This document shows, piece by piece, positions 1-12,589 of a stretch of 64,000 nucleotides of DNA. Source of the DNA: Lytechinus pictus (Eukaryota); the NCBI RefSeq assembly GCF_037042905.1, contig NC_087250.1, forward strand, positions 14,324,001 through 14,388,000. The letters run 5' to 3'. The stretch's first letter is position 1. Each line of letters starts with the position of its first letter. The position numbers and the translations under genes are program-made. The notes beneath the pieces are model-generated. The model saw only the letters and a list, made by a program, of their open reading frames with translations. It was not told the DNA's origin and searched no databases.

Positions 1-54
1 TGAGATGCCTTGCTAAGATGAGAGGAATGGCATAGAATGATCCACAGTACTCAC

Positions 55-72
55 ATCGGTAGATCCCAGAAT
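55..72 (-). CDS. Probable 18-bp microexon of the KRAB gene; gene continues beyond the left edge
   Basis: Reads tttcttttccaatag|ATTCTGGGATCTACCGAT|gtgagt on the minus strand. Phase 1/1 is compatible with exon 4 and gives (D)SGIYR. Confidence 0.5.
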
Positions 73-206
73 CTATTGGAAAAGAAATTTACATTGTCAT
101 ATTATCATTAAATGATTCAGAGATTATATTAGGCCCGTAAAGACTGAAACATGATCGAAAAAGAACATGGAAGGCAAAAAAAATGACTTCAGTGTAAAAC
201 ATACAT

Positions 207-516
207 GGCCCGTATTCTGATAGCAGGTTTAACTTAAACTCTGGTTTAAAGTTGTGGTTTAAGTATGGAGAGCCAATTGTTACATAAATCACTAACAGTA
301 GAGATATCATACTTCAGCTCATTTGGCTCTCAAATCATTCATAATTGTCTAGGAAGTATAAATAGATGATTGTCTTCACCATCATGAATCAGGAAAGAGC
401 ACAGTAAACATAAGAAACATACAACTTAATAAAAATTTTGATACTTTTGGCTTCCCATACTTAAACCACAACTTTAAACCTGAGTTTAAGTTAAACCTGC
501 TATCAGAATACGGGCC
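207..516. mobile_element. MITE, PIF/Harbinger-like ends
   Basis: Long TIRs ggcccgtattctgatagcaggtttaacttaaactc... / ...gagtttaagttaaacctgctatcagaatacgggcc, with a 2-3 bp AT/ATG flank. Confidence 0.8.
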
Positions 517-1189
517 ATGGGGAGTCTTAGGATGACAGTCGCATCGTTTGCATGCAGATACATTGCCAAGTGGCTTGTTCCAAATCAACATATAACTCGG
601 GATGACATGATATATCATCCATGACTAGACAAGCCTTACATTGTATAACATGTACATGGAAGCAAGGGTTAAAGTTCAGCAACCAAGACAACTGCCCCTA
701 CCCCTATACTTTTCAAGTAGTGAAAGGGGGGGGGGGTGTGGATAACCAAAAGGAGAGAAGAAAATCAGAGATGTATAGATTATGTCAAGAAAATAAGACC
801 ATAAGCATTTATAAGTTTTAAAACAGAATGACTGTAGAGCTTTATTCTACATTATCCATCGGCGTAAAATGTGCCTATATTAATATGGACAGATGTTTGT
901 TGACTGTGTCTGTATGTGGCATTTATGTCCTTCATGTATACACTAGTGTTAGTATATAGATTAACATAAACTTTAAATTCCAGTATACGGTCCTTAAGAG
1001 TGAAGAAAGAAGGTACTATTTCTCTCTTTTTAGGTAGTTTCCAACTATATCAAGATACCCTACAGAATTGAGATGGGAATGTAATTGATGTACAGAATTT
1101 TTAGGGAAGATCTATTTATTTCTTCACTGGTTAAACATAACCACCCATAAAAAAAGAGGTCAAATACATATTGTTTTTTCTTTATTTAC

Positions 1190-1946
1190 CTGAGCCCTTT
1201 CTTTCCTGCCAATCATCTCCTTCCTCCACTTTTGAACAAGATGGTTCGGATTGCTTGGGGGTCTGGTCTCCCCCTGGAGCTACTTCTGTCAAGGTCTGTT
1301 CAGTCTCCAGATCACATGACTTTGTTTTGAGATCACCTGATTGCTTGGGAGTCTGGTCTCCCCCTAGAGCAACTTCTGTCAAGGTCTGTTCAGTCTCCAG
1401 ATCACATGACTTTGTTTTGAGATCACCTGATTGCTTGGGGGTCTGGTCGCCCGCTGAAGCTACTTCTGTCAAGGTTTGTTCTCTCTTCTGATCACATGAC
1501 TGAGTGTTGAGATCCCCTGATTGCTTGGGAATCTGGTCTCCCCCTGGAGCAACTTCTGTCAAAGTTTGTTCAATCTTCAGATCACATGACTGAGTGTTGA
1601 GATCCCCTGATTGCTTGGGAATCTGGTCTCCCCCTAGAGCAACTTCTGTCAAAGTTTGTTCAATCTTCAGATCACATGACTGAGTGTTGAGATCACCTGA
1701 TTGCTTGGGGGTCTGGTTGCCTCCTGGAGCTACTTCTGTCAAGGTTTGTTCAGTCTCCTGATCACATGACTGAGTGTTGAGATCACCTGACCTCTGATCA
1801 CCTGATGATGTTGGATTGATTTGTGTCTGGATAGCCTCATCATAGTCCTCAATTGCAAGGAGTGCAATGATTCCCTCTCCTTCGATTTCATGAGCATTTA
1901 GCAGATTCCCATCATCATCATACTCAATCTCCACTTTAATAGTGAC
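1190..1946 (-). CDS. KRAB gene exon 4 (acidic, with 30-aa tandem repeat)
   Basis: Strong acceptor ccctttttttccaattag| (phase 0) gives VTIKVEIEYDDDG..., continuous with ORF 1182-1934. Donor G|gtaaat at 1189 is phase 1. Confidence 0.75.
1249..1800 (-). repeat. 90-bp coding minisatellite, about 6 copies
   Basis: (g/a)tctggt recurs at 1261, 1351, 1441, 1531, 1621 and 1711. The unit encodes SGDLNTQSCDLKIEQTLTEVAPGGDQIPKQ. Confidence 0.95.
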
Positions 1947-2470
1947 CTAATTGGAAAAAAAGGGACAAACTTTCACATATAAGTGATGACATGACATACA
2001 AGTTTAATTTGACACATGACCAGATTCATCCTATTCTTAGTGTGCCACCATAACGTAACCTGTGATAAAATACACTTGGAGGACTATACTGTCTAGATTC
2101 ATTTCTCCCTATGATATACTTTTATTTATTGGACTTTAATGACTCTATTGATCTCCAATATACCATTTAAAAGTCAATGAATGAGGACTTCGCATTGTTC
2201 TGTTCCAGTCCATGGATGATTCAAACATGACCAGCTTGGCCATGCCTCACTAGAAACTATAAAGAGTGATTCACTAGGACAATAGAAGAGCTTGTGCTCC
2301 ATCAAAGGAAAAGTTCACCATTAAAAAAAAAGCAAAAATAGCAGGAAAAAATTATAAAAAATATTGGTTAAGGTTTTAGGAAAATCCAGCAAGGATGAAA
2401 ACAGTTAATTATTTTTTTATTTGTGATGCTTTATTATAATTTCTGATGACTTTAATTTTTTTTTTTGTCT

Positions 2471-2874
2471 CAGGGCCCGATTCCATGCTAGAAAAATCAG
2501 CCATTTTCACAATATCTTTCAACCTGCTGTCTAAACGAATGAAGAACTTCAATTTGCTTTGTGGTAATATTAAAGTACTACTGGGTAGACATGCAAAAAC
2601 TGGCAACCATCAAAGATATGTTGTCCATATGTGAATTAGAGCTTAAAATGTTGCGTGTCGTACGGAACATTTCTGCGTCCTGTACGACACACAATATTTT
2701 CACCTATAATTTACCCATAATCAATTTTTTTGTGTTGGTTTTTAGTTTTTCACATGACTACCCACTATAGCTTTATCATTGGCAAAAAAGAAAAATTTTT
2801 TGCTCAAGCATTCGGCTAGGAAACTAGAAATTGTTGTCAAAATGTACCGTACGACACGTATGGAATCACCCCTG
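2471..2874. mobile_element. MITE with imperfect TIRs, inside an older repeat (~2302-2892)
   Basis: Ends cagggcccgattcca / tggaatcacccctg. The host repeat has aaaggaaaagttcacc ... cttcccctttaa ends. Confidence 0.5.
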
Positions 2875-4017
2875 GGTAAGCTTCCCCTTTAACTGGAGAG
2901 GGCTAGACAATTAAGTGATTTTTAAGCTGTAGGGTAGTGCCTTCAAGGAATTCAATTGAATGCAGAAAATTGTGTCTGGACTGACTTCTCTTTATACGAG
3001 ACGGGTAACAGATCTAAGTGCTTGGCTTGGTTTTCTGAATGCGTGCAGAGACCTCTCTCATGATGTATGGGTGAGGCAACACAACATTATAAGTAAGAGA
3101 TTGGAGGTGGATAGACTAGATTGTGATCCTTCAACTGTTGGTGACGCATACATTCGTAATTCCGAAGCTTCGTAATTCCGAAGGTTCGGTTATTCCGAAG
3201 GTTCGTATTTCCGAAGGTTCGTAATTCCGAAGGTTCGTTAATCCGAAAACGAAATAAGGTTCGTAATTCCGAAGGTTCGTCAATCCGAAAACGAAATAAG
3301 GTTCGTAATTCCGAAGGTTCGTCAATCCGAAAACGAAATAAGGTTCGTAATTCCGAAGGTTCGTCAATCCGAAAACGAAATAAGGTTCGTAATTCCGAAG
3401 GTTCGTTAATCCGAAAACGAAATAAGGTTCGTAATTCCGAAGGTTCGTTAATCCGAAAACGAAATAAGGTTCGTTAATCCGAAAATTAAATAAGGTTCGT
3501 ATTTCCGAAAATAGAAATTATTTATTTTGGTAACAGACACGGTGTTGTCATTACAAGATAACACGATATTATGCAATGATAGTAATAACGATCGATGATA
3601 CATGTGTGTGTTGTGGCCAAAAACATGTATTTCATTAAGAATAGGCGCCCGGATCAAGCATAGGCTAATTTCAATTTTATCTGAGCAATTGCTGCCTTTA
3701 GCAAATGGTTTAAGGATGCAGGGGATTATGTTTGTTGGTCGCGTGCGAGTAACCTCCAGATAATAGGGTTTGTATTGGAGGAGATGTCATTTTTAATAAC
3801 AGCTTCTGCTGGTAATAAAAATAAAAATAATACTAATAATGATCCTTGTGAGATTTGAAAGCGCGAATCGCAAGCTCAAACTAGTAGACATTTCATGTAA
3901 CAAAACTTGAACTTAAACATTCTGAGCATTTTTTGTAATTGTGAGAAAGATGTGTATCTTACTAATGAATTAACGCGAGCGCGAAGCGCGAGCTGTAATT
4001 TGTTTATATACTGACCT

Positions 4018-4170
4018 GGGGCCCGTTGCATAAAACTTTTTACCTGATAAAACTCAGATTGTTTTACCGGAGTTTTTGCCCTGTGCTAAAGTCAATGGCG
4101 GAAATCAGACTAACCTTAGTGTTCAGTTTTTACCAGAGTTTTCTCAGGTAAAAAGTTTTATGCAACAGGC
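4018..4170. mobile_element. Small Harbinger-like MITE
   Basis: gcccgttgcataaaactttttacctga / tcaggtaaaaagttttatgcaacaggc inverted ends. Confidence 0.7.
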
Positions 4171-4860
4171 TTTAGAAAGTAACCTTTTAAGGACTGCTTT
4201 TAGTGACTCATGAATAGTATATCTCGCGAACTAAATAATGAGAGCGCGAACCGCAAGCTTAAAATTTGTGATATTCCAACCTGAAAACTGGACATTTTAT
4301 ACATTTTTTTTTGTAACCAGGAATAGAATGAGTTCCTCAATAAACAACACTTGATGCGAGCGAGAAACGTGAGCCAAATTTTTCAGATTTTCCAACCTGA
4401 AAACTGGACATTCTAAGCATTCTTGAAAAAAAAATAATTGATGCAAGTGCTAATAAGCGCAAGCCCAAAAGGGTATTCCATTTTGAAAAAGGTCACTTTT
4501 TTCCGACGAGATTTTTTGGGGCAAGTATCCACCCCCCCCCCCCTGTCCCCGGTTCCGCCATCCCTGAGTGAAGCGAGCAAGATTTTGGAGCATGGGCGAT
4601 TTAGCTCTAGCAACTTAAACTCCTTTTGTAATCATGAATATATAGGGTGAGCATCTAAACAATTAATGCGAATGCAAAGCGTTTTAAATATTTGAATATA
4701 TATAATATGTGTGAAGTTATACATGTACTACAGCTTTGGCAACTCTTTTATTTAAATATTGTGTGAAAGAAATGGATGAAGAGAACAATGGTAGGCGTAG
4801 CTTAAATCAAGGTTCCCCAGAGCTATCTACCCTTTGGAAAAATTGGTGATGCCGAAAAAA

Positions 4861-4932
4861 TGTCTCTGCCGGGAATCGAACCCGGGCCCCCAGCTTTGAA
4901 CGCCGGTGCCTTAACCACTAGACCACAGAGAC
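4861..4932 (-). tRNA. tRNA-like gene or pseudogene with a tRNA-Glu-like body and UCA at the anticodon position
   Basis: GTCTCTG TG GTCT AGTGGTTA AGGC A CCGGC GTTCAAA GCTGG GGGC CCGGG TTCGATT CCCGG CAGAGAC A. All four stems pair, A and B boxes are intact, and a T6 terminator follows immediately. Confidence 0.7.
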
Positions 4933-5049
4933 GGGTTAGTGGCTAGGGCGACCCCGATACGATTGACCGTCAGATAGACAGATTTTCGACACCATACCAA
5001 TTATAATTTCCTTTGTCGGGTGAAGGTGGGTTTTGAACAATGACAAATA

Positions 5050-5087
<38 letters not shown>

Positions 5088-5788
5088 CAGATAGGCAGAG
5101 TGGCCGACTGACAAGAAAAGTGGATATTTTAAAGATTATTACTTGGAGTTCAGGAATGGGATATAAATCTCTCTAATCAAATGATGGGAGCTCGTAGCGC
5201 AAGCTAAACATTTTTTCCATATTCAGTACTTTTGTAATCATGAAAAAAATGCGTAATCATGTATCTCGCTGAAAGCTACAAAAATTGAATCGTGAGCACA
5301 ATAATCTGTTTAAATTGACTAGAAAATGGCCATCATGAAATTTAAAAAAAAAAAAAAAAAAAAGAAGCTCGCTCCTCATCAGTTTTTTAATTGGTATAAG
5401 GTATTCATCCAGTTCTTGGTAACAAAACATGCATAGAATATTCACTTTTAAGGTTGGAATATCACACATTTTTGGTTCGCGTTTTGCGCTCGCACTAATT
5501 ATTGCTCATTAAGGTAGTCATTCTGATCCTGGTGAAATAAAATTCCTAGAATATCCAGTTCATGGATAGAATTTTCAGCTCGAGCTTCGCGCTTGCATTA
5601 ATCGATTGGTGAGATATGTAGGCCTAGCACATATCCCATTCATGAGTCACCAAATGCAAAAGGTTCCTCTCCTGGTCAGTATATGAAAAATTTCAGCTCG
5701 CGCTTCGCGCTCGCGTTCGATTCTTTAGTTAAATTCACATCCTTTTTTCATGATTACGAATTAAAATCGGAACGTTTACTTTTTATGT

Positions 5789-6070
5789 GGGGTGTTTTGG
5801 CCCAGTGGATAAGTCTTCTGACTTTAAGGCAGAGGGTCGTAGGTTCGAATCCAAGTCATGGCATTATTTCCTTCAGCAAGAAATTTATTCACTGTGCTGC
5901 ACTCAACCCAGGTGTGATGAATGGGTACCCGGTAGAAATTCGTTAATGCCTTCCTTTGGGCGCCTAGGCAGCCCAGCTAAAGCCGGGATAATAATAATAG
6001 CTGGGAGAACAGTTTTCAGAACTGAAGTGGCTTCCCTGGATATCCATATCATTATTATCATTATTATCAT
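5789..6070 (+). mobile_element. tRNA-derived SINE
   Basis: A box tggcccagtgg and B box ggttcgaatcc, a central cactcaacccaggtgtg...aatgggtacc domain, and an (ATT/ATC)n tail. Confidence 0.8.
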
Positions 6071-8127
6071 TTTAGGCCTACATGAAATTTCCAAAAGTTT
6101 GAGCACGTGATCCGCTCGCAACATCTCACAAGGATGCCCTTTTAACAGTAATTGACCAAAAAGGTGAATTTTACATCTTCAGATTTGATTTTTTTCCCCC
6201 AAACCGCTTGCTCGCTACGCTCGCAGAAATGAAACGTAAATATATAACTTATCAATCAGAGATCACTTAAACAATTTTGCTCAACTTAATTACTACAAAA
6301 CACACAACCTCTTTACACAGATGATAATCTTATGGCGAAAATATCCCTTTGCACCAAAATGCCCCTATTGGCCCCTTTTTGGGCTATGCCCCCCCCCAAA
6401 AAAAAAACGTTCCGCCGCCACTGGTTTAAAAACATGCATCGTCTTCATGGCTAACTGCAAAAAGTTCTTAATATGTCCCCTTTAGATCAGGTCAGAGCTT
6501 ATATTTAAAATTTCTGTTCGCGCTTCTTGCTAGCAGTTATTATCTAGTTACATAGGCATCTCGTTTTGAAGATCACAAACATATTGCCCATCATATTAAA
6601 AAAACATATAGCTCGCGCTCGCATTATTTAAAAAGGGTTTATCATGTTATTACATATTTACTTTATTTTATAAGTATAAGCTAATTATTGACTGTTAGGA
6701 CTACCCTTTCAAAGAAACAAACAAAAATAAACATTAAGCTGCCGATCGAGGAAAATATGGCTGAAAAAAAAATTTGCCCCCCCCCCCCCTATTTGACAAA
6801 AGTTGGATCCGCTGGGAGGGAGGCAGGGGGCACTTGCACCCAAAAAATGAAATAAAAAACAGGGAAATGCATATTTTTCCAAAATGGGAAAGTTCCTTTT
6901 TCAAAAATAAATATGCTGTTTTTCATGTTTTTCGAAATAAAATATTCTTTTTAAAGTATACAAGTTAAGTTTTCAGGCTGGAATATTGCAAATTTTCAGC
7001 TTGCGCTTCGCACTCTCAATTATTCGATTGGAGAAATATGTATCCTAAAGAGATCACTAAATGCTTTCTTTAACAGGTTCCTTTTCTGGTCAGTATGTTT
7101 AAGCTCGCGTTTTGCGCTCGTGTTAATTCTTTAGTTAGATGCACATCTTTTTAATGACAGCAGAAATCTGCTCGGATTTTCAAAAACTTATTTTCATTTT
7201 TTATTGAAATACCCTTAAGTTTTAGCTTGTGATTTACGCTCGCAACATCTCGCAATAATGCCATTTTAAGAATAATTGACCCCTAAACGAGTTTTACAAC
7301 TTCACCTTTAATTTTTTTTTTACCAAGCCGCTCGCTCATTATACTCTCTCCCGAAAAATAAAGCCGAAATATACATTTTGCCATAATAAGAAGTCACTTC
7401 AAAAAAGTATTTCTCTACTTAATCACTATCAAACACACAATGACTTCAACCAGATGATAATCTTAAGGTGAAAATATCACCAAAGTGCCCATTTTGACGT
7501 ATGATTTTAATTTTTTGGCTTTACCCCCCGAACGAAAATTCGTTCGGCCGCCCTTGCCTTCCCATCCTCATAACAATTGAACGGCAACAGTGTCCCCCGC
7601 CCCCCCCTTGCCTCTGCCTCTGCTTTCCCGGTTTTCATTTTTCGGATTAACGAACCTTATTTTGTTTTCGGATTAACGAACCTTATTTTGTTTTCGGATT
7701 AACGAACCTTATTTCGTTTTCGGATTAACGAACCTTCGGAAATACGAACCTTATTTTGTTTTCGGATTAACGAACCTTATTTCATTTTCGGATTAACGAA
7801 CCTTATTTCGTTTTCGGATTAACGAACCTTCAGAACAACGAACCTTATTTCGTTTTCGGATTAACGAACCTTCGGAACAACGAACCTTATTTCGTTTTCG
7901 GATTATCGAACCTTCCGAACAACGAACCTTATTTCGTTTTCGGGTTATCGAACCTTCGGAATACCGAACCGTCGGAATAACGCCACAAATGTTCGGATTA
8001 ACGAACCCTTTTTCGTTTTCGGATTAACGAACATCGAGGTATAGGCAATTTACGTGTTTCGGAATTGCGAACCTTCGGAATATCGAATCTTCGAAATTAC
8101 GAAGCTTCGGAATTACGAAGTGTAACC

Positions 8128-8705
8128 GTTGGTGAAGCCATCAACGTGTGAGGAGATCTCTCTTGTTATGTATGGTGAGGCAACACAGGATAATAGGTAA
8201 GAGATTGGAGAAGGATAGACTAGATGGTGATTCTTCCAACTGTGGGTGAAGCCATCAGCGTGTGAGGAGATCTCTCTTGTTATGTATGGTGAGGCAACAC
8301 AGGATAACAGGTAAGAGATTGGAGAAGGATAGACTAGATGGTGATTCTTCCAACTGTGGGTGAAGCCATCAGCGTGTGAGGAGATCTCTCTTTTAATGTA
8401 TGGTGAGGCAACACAGGATAACAGGTAAGAGATTGGAGAAGGATAGACTAGATGGTGATTCTTCCAACTGTGGGTGAAGCCATCAGCGTGTGAGGAGATC
8501 GCTCTTGTTATGTATGGTGAGGCAACACAGGATAATAGGTAACAGATTGGGGAAGGATAGACTAGATAGTGATTCTTCCAACTGTGGGTGAAGCCATCAA
8601 TGTGTGCTGAGATCTCTCTTCTTATGTATGGTGAGGCAACACAGGATAATAGGTAAGAGATTGGAGAAGGATAGACTAGATGGTGATTCTTCCAACTGTG
8701 GGTGG
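8128..8705. repeat. 114-bp tandem repeat (5 copies, plus a degenerate sixth at ~3040-3144 displaced by the foldback insertion)
   Basis: gaagccatc recurs with a 114-bp period starting at 8134 and 8248. Confidence 0.95.
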
Positions 8706-9091
8706 ATAGGTAAGATGGTGAGCCTCCTTGATGGATTTGGTTCAGTGGCTAAACTGTGTCTAGATTAGAGTCTGTTTTGACAGGTTAATGGCTGTAGAGG
8801 ACTAAGCTCCTATTCTTATTTGTGGTGAGTCAATGCATGCCCACAATAGGTAGGCTAAAGATCATCCACTCTTATTGGCTGCAGAGAGTAAAGGCTCTGC
8901 AAGGTGCATTCAGGATCGAGTCAATCTCTGAAGTATGGAATATCCTAAAGCAGTAGAGGATGAAGGACGATTATTAGACCATGTGAAATGAGACTACACA
9001 AGAAAAAGACAGGAAGAATTAAAATGTTTTGATAACAAATATGGAATTTCAAATATAGCATGCTATAATTTATTATTTGACAGGTACTTAC

Positions 9092-9171
9092 ATGATTTGG
9101 ACTCTCTTCTTGTAACTTGTTCTCCTTTATATGATCTGGCTTTTCATCTTCGACAGGTACTTGGAAGGGTT
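9092..9171 (-). CDS. KRAB gene exon 3
   Basis: Acceptor ttcag| and donor |gtaagt. Phase 1 in, phase 0 out. Reads (E)PFQVPVEDEKPDHIKENKLQEESPNH, in frame with exons 2 and 4. Confidence 0.75.
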
Positions 9172-9378
9172 CTGAATTTTGATAAAAATATTTGAAACGA
9201 AAAAGGATATCAACATTTTGTCCTCAATTCACTGTATAACTTATGAAATGCCTATGATTTTAAAAGTTGTGCGGGACTTGAAACAAAAATGAAAAAAAAT
9301 GTGGATCACTTTTTGGTTGCAGAAAATGCTGCAAGGAACAATGAGTGGGGCCATAATACCTTTGAGTGCCAGACGTAC

Positions 9379-9477
9379 CTAACATCATTTCCTCATCCTC
9401 GCTGTCATTTTCCTCTTTGATCTCTATTTTTATTTCTTGATGACGTTGCATGAACATTGGTGGATTGACCTGTAGTC
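9379..9477 (-). CDS. KRAB gene exon 2 (KRAB C-terminal motif + acidic linker)
   Basis: Acceptor tttttcaaacag| and donor G|gtacgt, both phase 1. Reads (G)LQVNPPMFMQRHQEIKIEIKEENDSEDEEMML; GL-x(4)-P-x-FM is the aKRAB tail encoded after the conserved intron. Confidence 0.85.
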
Positions 9478-12400
9478 CTGTTTGAAAAACAAGAAAAACA
9501 AACAATCCATGGGTTTATTTATAATCAGAGATTTGACTGTGCAGTCTAATGTTAGAGCCTAGTAGAGGACTTATAGATTAAAGAAACAGGTTTCATGTGT
9601 GATTGAGCTACACGGCCTTAACAACTTTTATTGAAGAAACAAGGATTTCTATGCAAGCCTGAGAAATATTTATTGAAAAAAACATCTAAAAAAGTTTTTG
9701 AACAGAAACATGATCACCGATCACCAATAATAATGGCAAATTACATGTCTCTCCAAGTATCGTGAACTAGTTAGCTAGTGAACACTTTTTGCGAGAGTGA
9801 TCACAAATTTCCTAGAAAGCTAGTGAACACTTTTTGCGAGAGTGATCACGAATTTCCTTGTTGACCATAGTAGATTGCGAGACAAATGAATACCCTCTAG
9901 CGATTATTGTGCTCTTGGTTATTCTTTCAATTTCATATATCCATCTGTATTACACTCATAATCTGCAAGTCACAATCTGATCATGTAGAATGCCTTTCTA
10001 ATATCTTCTTCATAAGTCTGTCTTGTATCTAACTATTGAGAAGTAAATGAACACCTGAACACCTTCAGGCCTACCCTCAGTGCTGCAAACAAACATTGAA
10101 AACTAAATGGCATTCACTGCTGGGTATTTTGTCAGCTCTGTTGACTTCTTTCCACTCCTTATGGCCCGAATTCACAAAGGTGGTTTTGAAAACCCACGGT
10201 TGAGTCCATGGTTTATGCAGATTTCCTGTATAAATTACGCTTAATTTACCGCATATCGGGCGCGTGTATAAAACATTTCAATGCTGATGCGCGTTTTTGT
10301 CACAGTGCGCCAAATTGACGCCTGTTACCATGGTTATCTATGCTATTTTATTCATGAGTCCACTGTTTGAAAAGTTAAATGACAATATTGCAGTTCTCCT
10401 CTGTTTCCCTCACCCTTTCTCTAACCCTGTTTTTCCACCTCATCTATGTGTGTTACTTGCCAGTCAAAGTTCAAATATATACATTAGGGCATGAAATTAG
10501 AGTAAGGATAGGCCGAAGTATCTGAAGTTATCTTTTTTTAAATTGATCGCGCAACTTCTGGTCGGGTCGGCTCCGGGCGGGTAAAATCTTTATATCAATT
10601 TCTGCCGTCACCTCCATATAGACAACTTCTCCCGCTTTTCAGCTCATTACTAAACAACCATAATTTGGGGGCAAACAGGTTCCTAATTTAAAAAGAGGAA
10701 GGTATAAAATTTGTGTCGTATTAAATAAAAAAAGTACAATATTTTTTATCAAATTCTACTAAACTTCATGTCATTTCCCTGCACATTCATCTCCTGTCCT
10801 GTTTTGCGCCCTCAGTTTGAAATTTTGACACTTAAGTTTCTTTATCATTCAAAATGAAGCGCATCGGGATAAGTCAAAGAAATTATACATCATCCTGTTT
10901 TATATAATTTCAATAAATCACAGAAGTTTCAACTTTTTGTGCACTATTTTCCTTGTAATGAATTTCAATAATCTTAGAAGAAAATCAATTGAATTAGAGC
11001 TGATGGTGGTATTAGAGATATCTGCATTTGATGAAACGTCCGCCTTTTGAAATTTCAGAGTTTCATTGCTCTGCACTGGGAGGAATATCTTCCTCCTGGC
11101 ATATATCCTTCTTCTCCTCTGTTTTGCGAGTTAAGATATGTACTGCCGCTAAATTGTTTGTATTCAAATCTGATCTTTCCAAGGGAAGTATTCAATATAA
11201 CTTGGAGGATACCCTTTACTCGGGACCCTTTTCTTTGCAAAAAAAAATGATAAAACGCTTTAGCTTCCGTGCTTTGCGCGGGGTTAATATTATTTTAATT
11301 TCCTCCATGTTATCCCTTTTTTGTGCGTTCACAATCACTTTTGAAAACAAGGTTCAAAATCACAATATAGTCAACTGAATTGGGGCTGATATAGGTACTA
11401 GAGACGGCTCCTTTTCATTTCAATTTATGAAACACCGAAAGCTTCGCGCAGGAGGGGGAAACTCCCCCTCCCTGCACCCACCCCCTAGGGAGCGCAGCTT
11501 TGTAAGTGTTGTCACACTTCGCGTGCATTTACCGCCCCCTCCAAAACGAAATCCTGGCCACGCGGTTGTTTGAACAGTGGCATACAGATGGGCGGGGGCT
11601 CAGGGTGTTCCCCCAATAAATAAAAAAGTGGAAAGGAAATAAAAGGAAAGATAGAAAGTGAAATATGATTTATTTTCTGAATATTATGTCAAAATCTATT
11701 ACAAAATTGGATATCTTAATAAAAAAGTAAAAAATTTTGCTTACTCGCTTCGCTCGCTCATAACTTTTTAAATACATTTTATCCAATCTCCATATCTAGC
11801 TCCTTCAGAATTGACTCAATATACCATTGCAATTGAAAGATATGAATCCTTTCCTGTTTGTCCTGTCAATCACATAATTAAACTTGGTCAAGGAAGGTAC
11901 CATAACATAATTTTAACATAATAAAATATGATTTGAATAATTACAAGTTCTCCCAATAAATAATGCAAATCTTCGGGCTTGGATTGACTTCTTTTCTTAC
12001 TTATGAAGGAAAATTCAAAGGTTAAAGAAGTTTCAATGAAAAAACAAAATAATTCAAGTAAATAGATTTGTAAATGAAATTTGACAGCATAATTCGAAAA
12101 TCATGGCAAAGATAATGAATAGGTTAAGAGGAAGTCTGATCATCAAATTTCTAATTTCTGCCATTTTGGCGCAAGCCTCTTTTTGAACCCCCGACAAAAA
12201 CGTCCTGTGTTTGCTCAAACATGAACAAAATCTATTTTTTTTTAATGGCATTTCAAAGATTAGATTTCAGAGCATCTATTAACATCAAAATATAGATATC
12301 ATAATTTGAAACAAAATTTTTATAGACTTTTCAAAACTGTCCCGTTGTTTTTTATATATGGACTGTAGATCTAGATCTATCTGAGCTTCCATTTTGAGTC

Positions 12401-12589
12401 TTGTTGTGATTGGTGCGAATTTGTAATGGGATGAGAGATGCCTGTGTGTGATGCCACGATGTTCATCTAATTTCAAAGTTTGACAATGTTCCACTTTGAA
12501 ATTGTATTCATTTCTAAAACATTTTATTTTATTTGTTTTAATTTAAAATATAAAAAACCCAAATTTTGTTAGATCGGATTTTTGTTTGT

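Larger units (their letters stand above)
3145..8127. mobile_element. ~5-kb foldback-type non-autonomous DNA transposon
   Basis: 8-bp TSD GTTGGTGA at 3137-3144 and 8128-8135 splits a 114-bp repeat unit. The termini are inverted arrays of 15/27/42-bp ttcgtaattccgaagg units (3152-3510 and ~7640-8120). Confidence 0.88.

Noticed and set aside
4861..4932. Selenocysteine tRNA
   Set aside because: It has a 4-nt variable loop and a standard 7/5 acceptor-T stem, lacking the long variable arm of tRNA-Sec.
3150..8120. CRISPR-like appearance of short regular repeats
   Set aside because: There are no unique spacers or cas genes; the repeats are contiguous, inverted transposon arms.
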